A DNA stretch of 64,000 nt from Octopus bimaculoides (taxonomy: Eukaryota). The position numbers and the translations under genes were made by a program. The notes beneath the pieces are model-generated. The model saw only the letters and a program-made list of their open reading frames with translations, did not search any database and was not told where the DNA came from. Where the stretch lies: contig NC_068982.1 in NCBI RefSeq assembly GCF_001194135.2, positions 96,652,734 through 96,716,733 on the forward strand, written 5' to 3'. Below, one piece after another: positions 50,608-62,529 of this stretch. Position 1 is the first letter of the stretch. Every line of letters begins with the position of its first letter.

Positions 50608-51730
50608 CAAAACGGATCATTGGATGATATAATGAATTTGTTGTTAACCGTCTGCTTTCCTAAAATAGAAGTAAAAGATCATAAAATATTAAATACATGA
50701 GGATGTATATGATATGTATTTATGCATTTTGTCTTCTGTAATAACATACTCGTAATAAACATAAACAATGCCCACGTGCTTCTCTCCCTTACATAAAAAA
50801 GTAAACGAACCAATCAACTTATTCTAAAAACTTCAATTATAAGAGTGGTTCACATTTGCGGTGTTTTATCATCCATGAGAGTACTGCTAATTCAAATTTT
50901 CGGGCTTAGACTTACATTATTTGAAAGAATATAATTTTACTTTCTATAAATAGAAATTGTTTGAATAGTAAGTGGTTAAATATGCAGGAATGTGCTGTGT
51001 AAGCGAGGCCTTTAGTGTTCATTTATTTTCGTAAATGGCCATATGAAAGACTCTTATTAACGTTTCATTAACAGTTTATTTTGTGCTTTTAAACCAAGTG
51101 ATATAATTATATAGAACGCATGCACGCTCACACTCACAAACACATCGAGTGCACAAATATACATAAGTACATGTGCGTATATATGTAATGATGTGTGTAT
51201 ACCCTGGGTATAACATTAACCTGTATCCAGGGGTGAGATTCCAGTTCGAGAATTCTGGAGTTGTGAGGACCGTGGCTTGAGCCCTTAGTTACCGTTATTC
51301 CTAGAGTAATAACCGCCAGAACCTCATCTATAAGTTAAGTAGATTTTCCGAGGGTAGACGAAGCTCCTGTTGCTTTTGACAAAGTCGTCGAGGAGGCAGC
51401 TCTTCGAGGTGAATCGAACCTGCCCTCTTGCAATGCTTGCTCTTGGAACCTTCTGTGACGACCGAGAGATTGGCAAAAGTGTTGTTCAGGCTTTTTGCAC
51501 TTAAATCCAGTGACAGACAGATGTCTCACTATCATATCATTTCTTCATCCGTTTAGTATTTTATAAAGTTCTGTGGCGATGGATGTGTGGTGAAAAATCA
51601 TATTTACGCACATGTAAGGATGAAAGTAAATCAGTACAAATCAGGCTAAAGGAGAGACAAGATGAGGCAATCATGTATGTATGTGTGGGTGCGTGTGTGT
51701 ATGGCGTTTGTGCGTGCATGCATGTATGTA

Positions 51731-52172
51731 CAGGGGTTGGACAAAATAATGGAAACACCTAGCATCATAATTTTGAAATATCTATAAAACCGTCAAAAGC
51801 TTGTTTATTTTTATGTTTTTTTTATTTATTATTAGTGTTGCTTAATATGTTTTGCTAAAATTGCTGTTTCTTTTCAGATATCATCAGAAAAAGGTAATTA
51901 AAATTTATTAAAATGACCGATCTATTGGACTTTCAAAGAGATCAAATTGTAGGAGCTCGTATGGCAGGCGCTAGCGCAAAGAAAACAGTCTAAATGTTTG
52001 GTGTATCAAGAAGTACAGTCTTGAAAGTAAGGACAGCCTTTGAGAAAGAGGGTAAAACTTCCTTGTCGAAACAAAACTCCGGAAGAAAACCAAAACTTTC
52101 AGATAAGGATCGTAGGACTCTTACGCGAATTGTTTGAAAGGATCACAAAAGTACAGCTCCCAAAATTACTGC
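51731..52172 (+). mobile_element. 3'-truncated Tc1 element (left TIR plus N-terminal transposase)
   Basis: TA-CAGGGGTTGGACAAAATAATGGAAAC TIR. ATG at 51913 gives MTDLLDFQRDQIVGARMAG...SGRKPKLS with two stops. Confidence 0.8.
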
Positions 52173-55119
52173 ATGTATGTAGCATTCTTTGTGTGGGACA
52201 GGAGAGATAGTGAAACCATTGATGCACAGATTTTGGGTCTGGGGGACTGATTTTTCCATGTTTGACGATCAAATATTAACATTTCTTTTCGCGAAGTTCT
52301 ATTCCTATGTCAGCTGAAAATGTTGTTATTAATTTTGGCCGTTTTGTTAACCTTTGAACTGCAGAGGTTGCCAAATGTGGCTTCGAGAAGGCGAATGATT
52401 ACATATTTAGTTAGGCTGCCTGTCATTCCCCATATTAAAACCAAGTCCCAATTTGAAATTTTCAACGAATCCATATATTTACATAAATACATACAGTGAT
52501 TGATTACTGAGAGTATTAAGCTGAATGCCAGGAGTGTGTCTATGTACATGTATTTGTCTAGAGGTGTGAATGTATGCTGGCTAGAAGTGAATCATGGTAT
52601 TTTTGTGTTAATGAGAAGCAGGAAAGTTCTGCGTTCGTTGTGGATGAAATGATCTTTTTAACCTGAGGTTGAGTATCAACCAAGAATTCTCTGCATTTAT
52701 CTGTCTCCCCTTAAACCTCTGCCTTCTGAAGAATCTCTGTGCTTATTGTCCTGCACTTCTAAATTTTTAAGACCATATTTTGGCGGAAAACTACATGGAA
52801 GTTTCCATTCAAATCATGCGATCACACGATGCAGCTGAAATATGACTGGTCAGAATTCAGAGCAAATCATCTGATATGCGGTGATCTATTCTTTGTTAGT
52901 TAGACATCAGGGTTTTGAATTCTAAGCTTTACTACATTATTAATAACTTGGTGTTAGAACTCAATATACATATGCTTCAGAATAAAGCATTAGGTAAGTA
53001 CAGAGTGTAATATGAAATTAAATGAATGACAAGGGAACAGGAATTATGTAATCAGCTTCATTAGTTTACTCCCTTTTTCTTCTACAAGATGCAATGCATG
53101 CACAGCTGAGTACTTGTACATCGCCTTCGGCTCTGAGTGCGCTGCATTTTATAACAGAAACAGCTCTAAGCTAATGAAGTTGATTATGTAATTCCTGTTT
53201 CCTTGTCATATATTAAATTTTACATGCACATGCATACACATACACATGCGTGTGCACACATATGCATGTACAACAAACACTCATACATATCTCATTTATC
53301 TCGTCCATCAATTATACCAGATGGTACAGGAACCTCAGGCATTGAATCCCCTACCACCATCCTCATTTTTCTATGTTTCTTGTCAGTCATGAGATCTGTG
53401 TATAAGAGAGTGCATCAGACCTGTTTGTACCAAATACACCCTACCTTTGCCCTTTCTGTAGTACTAGTTGTCACTCTCCCTGTTCCCATCATACAAGTCA
53501 TTGTTTCTACCATACTCTTGTTCTTCATTCACTCATTTTGGCTCTTAATTTACCATTTCTCTCTCTCCTATGATGACATTACCTTATGAGAACATATTCT
53601 GTGCTCTTATAGTGTATAAGGCAAACCTTCTTGTGTTGGTACCATCATAAAATGTCCCCAGTCATCCCTGTAACATTTACAAAAAGTGTAGGATTCTTAG
53701 AATACCTTTTAATTTTGTTTTGCCAAGAACATGAAACATTCTCTAGTACCGATGCTATGGGAAATGCATCCAGTGCATAGTAAAGTGGGTGATGAGAAGA
53801 AGAACATAAAGCCATGAAAACTAAGTAAACAAATGAAGAGTATGACCCTCTGATTTGCTTATGAGAGCTATGGCTTCTTATAAGAAATGGCTTAGACAGT
53901 GATGACGCATACAACCAGCCCAAGCCGAAATGAAAAGTAGATATAAAATGATGATGATGATGATGATGATGACGACATACATGTACACACACACACACTT
54001 GTGTGTGTTAACAGTTAATTTGATGTGTAATTATTATAGATATGTCTTATTCCTACTTTCACTCATTATTCTGTAACAAAACAAAAATAAAAGAACTAAA
54101 AGAACATTGAACAAAAATTATAAAATATATAAAAAAATTTTTTTTTAACCCTAGTATATGGCTGAGGAATTGTGGAGAGAAGGCTTAGGGTGGAGGTGAA
54201 GTGAATGAGTGCAGCAAGAGAAGGGGGCGAAAGAGTGACTGGAGGATACCATAGAAGCAGGTGGAGGAGAAGAGTGTTATTGCAGGGAAAGCATCCAGGT
54301 AGCAAAGCTATGGGGAAAGGACAGTGAGAAAATGTAGAGGGTCACAGTGAATATATGCAGTGAGAGCAGTAAGAGAAAAAAAAAATTGGAGAACATCCTA
54401 GAGACGAGAATAAGTAGAAAATGAATTGAGTGTGAGTAGCTTGATAAGAAAAGAATTGGAGGAAGAAGAGCACCATAGAGGTGGAGTGAAAGCTGAGGAC
54501 AAAAACAATTAAAGCATACCTTTCAGGCCATGATCCACTTCCTCACACACACCTTCCTTCTTAGTCAATGCAGAAGCTAGGGATAGATGAGTGGTTGATG
54601 AGAGCAGTACAAACTATGTACAAGGATGCTATCAGTAAAGTGAAGGTTGGCAATTACTCTAGCAATGAATTTAGTGTACAAGTAGGAGTTCACCAAGGAT
54701 CAGCTCTCAGCCCCCTCTTGTCTATCATAGTCCTCCAACCCATAAAAGAGGAACTGAAGACTAGTTGCCCTTGGAGCTCCTCTATGCTGATGACCTTGTT
54801 CTTATAGCTGAATCTCTACCCGAACTAGAGAGAAAATTTCAGGTGTGGAAGCAAGGTTTGGAATCTATGGGTATTAGAGTTAATTTAGCCAAGGCCAAAG
54901 TCCTATTATGTCAGAAAATGGACAAATCTCAAACCCCTTCAGGGAGATGACTCTGTTTGATATGCAGGAAAGATTTTGGTAGAAATGCCATACAGTATAC
55001 CCAGTGCAAGTTATGGACACATGAGGTGCAGTGGTATCAAGGGAAGGTAAACAAAAAAAGTAGTCTTTGTGTGTGGCAGATGTTACAATAAACACTAAGA
55101 ATGCACCGAGAACAGACTT

Positions 55120-56030
55120 CCTCAAATGTCTAGTGTGTAAATGTAATGTTTTTAGTTGTGGTCGAGGGTTACCAATTGTAATGGCTAGTTCTTCGTTGAA
55201 GTTGAGGGTCACCAATTTGTAACGGTTGTTAAGTGTTGGTTGGTTGCCAATATGTAAGATGGAGGAAGAAAGTGATTGAAGTTGTAAAGAGATATTTATT
55301 TACTGTTACTTTNNNNNNNNNNTCTTCGTTGAAGTTGAGGGTCACCAATTTGTAACGGTTGTTAAGTGTTGGTTGGTTGCCAATATGTAAGATGGAGGAA
55401 GAAAGTGATTGAAGTTGTAAAGAGATATTTATTTACTGTTACTTTGTATATATCCAAAACCACAACGGGTTGGTATATATAATTAGTAAATGGAAAAGCA
55501 TGTGAGGTAAAAAGAGTTCATTTCAGCTGGTATGTGTGTACACAATCTCATAGTAGTATATATAGAGAGATATGCTAATGTTACAGAGGAAAGAAAGTGA
55601 GTTTGTGAAAGTTATAGAGTTGAGGGAGGTTGTGTCTCATAGTTGGCTGGTTGTAACCTTCTTTCTCCTTCTGGCCATTTGTCTTCAGTGGCTGCCTTCT
55701 TGTGACTATGACTCTAGTTGTCCGTTCACTAACTAATTTTGCCTTGCCAAATTCTAGCATTTATAACTAGCCAAAACTATTTAGAAAGATGAACATATTG
55801 TTGAGAACAATAGATTTCGTTGGCGGTCTGTTATCTCTATTTGAGCTTTTGGTGGACTAGAAGAGGTTAGAAGGGTCAAGTGGCAAAGACATTATTCTGC
55901 TTAGCAAAGGTATCTGGCAAATGTAACTGCTGTCACTCATAGAAAAACTATTGTTTTACCGTGAGAAAAGTGCTGTTGAACTATTAATTGAAATTTGGCT
56001 ATTGAGGATCGAATCCACACTATGCCTGCA
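55120..56030 (-). mobile_element. Insertion in the RTE, possibly a Penelope-like fragment
   Basis: Interrupts collinear RTE sequence. Family call rests on recalled similarity only. Contains a 123-bp artefactual duplication around a 10-N gap. Confidence 0.3.
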
Positions 56031-56406
56031 TGAAGCCACAAGTGGGATCCTTAGAAGTAGTAGATAGCTTCCATTACCTAAGTAATCAAGTTAGCAGTGG
56101 TGGAGGAAGTTCTGAAAGAGTAGTTGATAGAATAAGTACAGGCTGCACAAACTTCAGAGAATTACTACCTTTGTTGGCAACAAAGGGCCTCTCCCTAAGA
56201 GTGAAAGGTAGATTATATGATGCCTGTGTATGTACAGCCTAGCTACATGACAATGAAATATGGGCTATGACTACAGAGGAGATGTGATGGCTTGAAAGAA
56301 ATTAAGCTAGTATGTTCCACTGGATGGGCAATGTCAGTGTGCATGTATGGCAGAGTGTAAATAATTTAAGAGAAAAATTGGGTATAAGAGGCATCAGTTG
56401 TAGTGT

Positions 56407-57134
56407 AAGACGCCGAAGTTCTGCAAAGGAAGAGAAGGGACCCGCCGGCGTGAAAGTAGGGGAGGAAGTTTGGGTCAAGCCGCCGAAGGCACGCTGCACA
56501 TCACAATGGGGCAGGGGAACAGTGACAGCGGTCAATTCCAGAAACAATGTCTCTGTGGATGGAATGCCGCGTCATGTGCTGGATCTGCGCAGGATTGCCA
56601 CTTCGTCGGATGAAGAGTGCGATGGAAACGAGCCACCTAGCTTGAGAAGATCTCGACGTGTAGGGCGCCCGCCCGGTTGGATGGCGGACTTCGAATTGGA
56701 GTAGGGGTGAACGTGATCTTTAAGATCAGGGTGGCGTGTGGTATGACGTCAGTGNNNNNNNNNNNNNNNNNNNNNNNNNNNNNNNNNNNNNNNNNNNNNN
56801 NNNNNNNNNNNNNNNNNNNNNNNNNNNNNNNNNNNNNNNNNNNNNNNNNNNNNGTCTGGGGAGGCTGACCGGAAGGGCGAGTTGACCGGAAGGGGAAACA
56901 GGGCAGAGGGAGCCTCGATCGGCATTCGTGCCCTTTTCGAACGGGGCTGCAGTCAGGACAAGACGTGTTAAGCGACGGTCTAGGTTTGGGAAGGTTTGGG
57001 AGAAGCAGCTACTATACCTGGTGTACTTTGGGTCGGGGCAAGCTTCAAGGATCGGATACCGCAAGACGGACTCGCAGTCGAGGAAAGGAAAACCGAGGTA
57101 AGGCGATTACATCTACTCGTACGCACACACCACA
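56407..57134 (+). mobile_element. Gypsy LTR retrotransposon 3' fragment: integrase C-terminus, PPT and 3' LTR (56737-57134)
   Basis: VKVGEEVWVK...WGRGTV...VDGMPRH...LRRSRRVGRPPGWMADF* (SH3-like tail). Purine-rich tract before TGTGGT. LTR ends ACCACA, a 6-bp inverted terminus. Confidence 0.85.
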
Positions 57135-57843
57135 GTGTTCAAGAGAGAAGACTATGCTGGTATGGCCATGTGATGTTTATGGATGAGGATAGCTGCATAA
57201 AGAAGTGCTGATCTCTAATTGTGGAGGGACCCTCTGGAAGGGAAAGACCTGGGAAGAAGTAGTGAGAAAAGATTTTCAGATGTTGGGTTTCACAGAGGAG
57301 ATGACAAGGAAATGCAACACCTGGCAGTTTGTTGTGCTTGAGAAGATACATCAAACTAAGTAAAACTGTAGCTGTCCATATGTACAGGTATGTCCTCCAT
57401 GTTCCTCTCTCAGCCGAGAGGTCCTTCCCTTGAGGGCTTGTGAGAACTGGTGTCATACAGAAAGCATTCGTGCTGGTGCCACATAAAAGCCTCCCATTCC
57501 GTGCAAAGTAAATGCACCTGTGCCAGTGTCATACAGAAATGTCCATGCTGGGGGCAATATAAAACTGCCCATTCAAGTGCCATGTAAAAAGCACTCAGCA
57601 CACTTTGTAAAGTGGTTGGTGTTAGAAAGGGCAATCGGCCGTAGAAACCATGCTGAAATAATAGACAAATGGAACCTGGAAAGCTCCCCAGGTGGCTAGT
57701 TCCTGTCAAACCGTCCAACCCATGCCAGTATGGAAAGTGGCCATTAAGTGATGATGATGTTATTAAGTATATATGAATATAAGTACAAATACATATATAT
57801 TTTTTTCTAGCATATTTTTCCTGGCTTAAGGATTCTTAGACGG

Positions 57844-57845
<2 letters not shown>

Positions 57846-57889
<44 letters not shown>

Positions 57890-57945
57890 ATGTATATGAG
57901 TATATATATATATTCATATATGTATGTGTGTATCTATGTATATGA

Positions 57946-58014
<69 letters not shown>

Positions 58015-58046
58015 TATATGTATGTGTGTGTGTATCTATGTATGAG

Positions 58047-58117
<71 letters not shown>

Positions 58118-58175
58118 CTGTATTTTCCTGATTCTTGGACGGTTATATATATATATATATATATATATGCATATG
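57846..58175. repeat. Compound (TA)n/(TG)n microsatellite with a duplicated flank (GATTCTT.GACGGTTATATA twice)
   Basis: Directly visible. Confidence 0.9.
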
Positions 58176-58638
58176 TATACGGGAGATGGGTCTCAATATA
58201 CTCTCGACAAGAAATTATAAATTCGTCAGCTAATAATAAATAACTAGCATCTATGATAAACTGTCTTTAGCTTTTTTTATTTTGAACTGTCAATTCCTTC
58301 CATCTCTCCCTTCTTACTGTTTGCCTTGACTGTAGTTTAACAACACGATGACGGTGGGATAACGTTTTTCTCATTAAATCTCATATACGTTGGCATGTCG
58401 TGCCAATATCCTCTCTACCACTGTCACTTCAATACGTCACAACCACTTCGAAAAATCGCTGTTTTCTGAAAGCGACTGAGTTAATGTTTGGCTAATTACA
58501 TTGTATTTTAAATTTCTTCCTTCTAGTTCTGAGATGAGAAGGAGAATCAACAAACAAACGTTGTATAATGATAAGACTTGCTGAACACTGAACAGATGTC
58601 GGAAAGTGTTGAAGAGAAAACAAGAAATGTGGCCGATA

Positions 58639-58659
58639 ACTTCCGGTATCTGCCATCTT
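58639..58659. promoter_or_regulatory. Candidate promoter: ETS (ACTTCCGG) and YY1-like (GCCATCTT) motifs
   Basis: At 58639-46 and 58652-59 in a CpG-rich block, just upstream of a spliced exon chain. Confidence 0.55.
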
Positions 58660-58760
58660 CTCGGTTAGGAAAATAATAGGAGAGTCGCTCGAAGCAAAAT
58701 AGAAGTAGCAGCTTGGATATTTGAGCGTAAAAGAGAAGCAGTAGAAGAGACGTTTGAGAG

Positions 58761-59548
58761 ATGAGGTGAGACTTCATCAATCGAAGAAAGCTGCACAAGT
58801 GAACGTATTCTCTTTACACGGGGTGAAAGTATTTTCTTAATAGGAGACAGAATATGGCTGGCAACGGACTACACATGTCATATGGAAATGATAAACCTCC
58901 ATCCTCGACCGGCAGTGGCGAAGCTGACATAGCTAATGATCCTGCCAGTAGTGGATTCTTTACGAACGATTTTAAAAAGTAAGTTTTTTTAAAGTATTAT
59001 ATACCATAATTTGATATCATTCTTTTACATTTTACTCGATTATAAGGTGCCATGTTTTGTCGTGGTGACAAGGGAAAAAAATGGGAGGGTCGGCCAGAAC
59101 TGATGTTCCTTATTCTTATGGCTGTAAGCTTAATTTAATAAGTTGGATAAGAAAATAAATTTTGTTATGAAAATCGCATGAACAATGTTTGTGTTAGCTT
59201 CCAATATAATGATACCCGAAGTAGATATGGAAGTTATGAAGTATTATCCCCATAAAGCCTGTTCTGTATCCTTTTTGCCACCTGATGGCTTTAGAAGTCT
59301 GCTAAACTGTAAACAATGAATTTCAATAGTACTTAGTGTGTGTATATATATATATATATATNNNNNNNNNNNNNNNNNNNNNNNNNNNNNNNNNNNNNNN
59401 NNNNNNNNNNNNNNNNNNNNNTGTTTCTTTTTTATGTATAGTAACATATAAAAAATTAAAACATTAATTAAAGGGTTACACATTTATTTTTACAGGGAAA
59501 AGGTTCACAGTGACTTTCAAGTTTCGACTTTTCGCCAGTCTAACGAAG
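58761..59548 (+). CDS. 5' exons of an unidentified gene: join(58761-58765,58844-58978,59496-59548), MRRQNMAGNGLHMSYGNDKPPSSTGSGEADIANDPASSGFFTNDFKKEKVHSDFQVSTFRQSNE...
   Basis: Donors GTGAGA, GTAAGT and GTAACG; acceptors ttcttaatag and tttttacag. The frame stays open across both introns. An in-frame TGA lies just upstream of ATG 58761. Later exons were not found in the window. Confidence 0.5.
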
Positions 59549-61268
59549 GTAACGGAGCAAAGCCTTCGAAGTCACTGTCAACATTTTTCCGTGTGTATAT
59601 CCGTATTCCCCCCCCCCCTCATAATTAAAAAAAAAATTTTTAAGAGAACATTTTTCTTCTTTGAGTTCACAAGACATAATTCCACAGTATTTTTGTGTCA
59701 TAAAATTGATTTTATGACACAAACCTATAAAACTGACATCTCCAGTTTTAAATGAACCGAAGAAAAAATTAAACATAATGTTTAAATATTCCAAGCTGTA
59801 ACCGTATCTCTCTCTCCAAATCTAAACTATTGGTGTCACTAAATATCATGAATTGTGACTTTATTGATTTCCTATACAGGAACATGATATCAGATTGCAA
59901 AGAAATGGGAAAATGACGCCTATACCTTTTTCAAAGTGATTAAGGATGGAAGTGAAATGGCTACAGTTGGGAATCGAAACCAAATTGTCCTCAGCTTAAA
60001 GGCTTTACATTCCACTAGTTTCCCTAATAGCCATATGTATTGAAATTAGTTCTTTGGAATGACTATAAAAAAAGAAGAAAAAAACTTTGTTGAATTGATA
60101 TTAGTCCGGTTTATTTCTTAAATTGGGGAAACATATTGTGGCATTATAACCAACAGTATTCGTTCAATCAATAGAAATCGATTTGATTGGCAATGTTTTT
60201 TTTCTCGATTAGGGTCGAATTAAATGGGTATCAGCTGTTATCAGTGTATTAACTATATATGTTACTAATTTCCTGGCAATACTTTGCGATCACCTAACAG
60301 TGCCTCTATTTTTACATATGCTTGAGTTATTATAAAGAAATGAAATATTTAATTGATGCGTAAACTACAACAACAATAATGCAATTTATGTGTGCATATG
60401 TTGTACACATACAGATCTAATTCTCAACATATACATCACATAAACAGTTATGACTGAATCACTCCTGTCTAAGTAGCTCTTACATCGTCCCATATCTCTT
60501 TCTTCTCAACTCTTTTACTCACCTTCTTTCTATTTCACGTTTTAACTATCCCCTCCATTTGTTTGTAATCTGTAAACCCCCCCCCCCCCCGAACCGAATA
60601 TTTCGATTCAGTTTCGATTCTGGGTTGAAACTAGTTATGCCTCCTAACACCCTTCAAAGATTGCTCCCATTTCCTTCAAGTGATGAATCTGACACCGTGT
60701 TCTTGTATAAAAACTAATACCTAGCACCAGTGGAGTAATGGTAATTTGCTGACAGTCCAAATTTGTAGCCTAATTTTGATTTCTGGTTGAGATGTCTTAG
60801 ATAGTTAATATTGGGGTAACCTTGACTGTCACACAATATCTCAGCCCTTGAATTTACGTAAGAAACTAATATTAACCTCCTTCCCTATAAGTACAGATTG
60901 GATAATGTAGCTGTAGATATATATGAAAACACAAGATGGTCGCAGCTCGTATGCTTTTCATCATTTTCTCTATTAGGACTGGCGAATCCTAATAACGTTG
61001 CAACTTAGGTTTGTTTATCATTTATTGAATAGATATACTCATACCCTGCGACATAGTTTGCACTTAGGTTCAAATGTTTCTCTTATGTTTATAATCTACA
61101 GTTCATAAAGGAAATAATAAACTGTGTGATATACTCCTTTGATGAGGTAGTGGAGATCTAAATTTCAGCAATGGGAAAGAAAATTGTGTGTAAATGAAAT
61201 GAAAATTGAACTGGGGATTGAAACTGCACTGTGGAGATGCTGCTTACAAAATTGTTTTGGTTGAGATA

Positions 61269-62527
61269 TGAGGCTGGGCTGAAAAGTTAATAGGCTGATT
61301 ATGAAGGAGTGATGCTAGAGCTGTGATATGTTGCATGCATTAATTTTAACTCTTATGAAAAACTGCATTATTTCTCTCCAGATAAACTGACATTTGACTC
61401 TTCAAAGAAAACTTCTTAAGTAACTAGTAGCAACTTCTCTTGAAAATGGACAAAATTTGGCATCGTGGTGTTATCAAGTACCTGCAGAAATAGGGTTTTG
61501 CCCACAAAGGCATTCATGTTAACATGGTTGCTACATTAGTGGATAATGCACCAGATTTATCAACAGTGCAAAAGTGAGCAACTGAATTTAGGAAGTGAAG
61601 GGAGAGTCTTGGAGATGACACAAAGTCTGGACTCCTGCAACTACCACTTCTGAGGAAAACATTGTGTTCATCACACGGTAATGGCTGACAGGTGATTGAC
61701 TATAAATCAAATAGCCAATGCTATTAGCATGTCCTGTGGGAGAGTTGAGAGTTGATGAACTTGGCATGATGAAGGTTTGTGCTTGGTAGGTGCCATGTCT
61801 TCTGACACCTGATCAAAAGCACACCAGGGTTATCACATCATGGGAAAATCTGACATTATTTCATGTATATTTAGTTGGTTTCTTTAAACTTTTCCCAACT
61901 CAGAATGAGTGTTGGCTTCATCACTTTGAGCCAGAGACAAAGAGACAATCCATACCTACTTCAAAGAAGGCCAAGGTTGTTTCATCTGCAGGGAAGGTGA
62001 TGACCTCAGTTTTTGGGATGCAAAAAAAATAGTGTTTATTGACCATCTTCAAAAGGGCCACACCATCAATTGAGAGTACTGTACTAACTTGTTGAAGCAG
62101 TTATGAAGGATTATCAGGAACAGACGCTTAGGAAAACTGACAAAAAGGGCCTTGTTTCATCAGGACAGTGCACCAGCACACAAGTCCTTAGTTTGGCTGC
62201 AGTGTGTGACTGTAGCTTTGAACTGGTTGATCACCCTTCCTAATCTTCTGATTAGGCCCCATCTGACTATTAACTATTCCCCAATATAAAAAAAACAAAC
62301 ACTTGATTGTGAACCAGTATTGCAGTGATGATGACATCATGTCTGTTCTGGATAACTTTTTATAACAAACGGGATGAAAGCTTCTTCACCAGTGGAATCC
62401 AAGCATTGCAACACTGATGGAAGAAGTGTGTAGTCTGCAAGGGGGATTATGTTGAAAAATAAGCCTCATTTGGTTACAATCCATGGGAGTATCTTGGTCA
62501 GCCTGTGAACTTTTCAGCCAACTCTCA
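61269..62527 (+). mobile_element. Near full-length decayed mariner (same family as 47283 and 34702)
   Basis: 30-bp TIR pair. ATG at 61446 gives MDKIWHRGVIKYLQK*. Contains GKVMTSVF, FHQDSAPAHKS and APSDY, with stops and indels. Confidence 0.9.
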
Positions 62528-62529
62528 TC

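Larger units (their letters stand above)
54568..57760 (+). mobile_element. RTE LINE fragment interrupted twice (55120-56030 and 56407-57134)
   Basis: RT pieces LGIDEWLMRAVQTMY, VGVHQGSALSPLL and LLYADDLVL, later LEVVDSFHYL...[16 protein letters not shown], then 3' UTR and GAT tail near 57750. Confidence 0.8.

Noticed and set aside
51335-51535. 66-aa minus ORF upstream of the Tc1-like ORF
   Set aside because: It ends in a stop before any donor, so it cannot fuse in frame. At most it is a uORF in a 5' exon.
55190-55445. Exact 123-bp tandem duplication (55190-55312 and 55323-55445)
   Set aside because: The copies flank a 10-N placeholder gap, the classic signature of unmerged overlapping contig ends.
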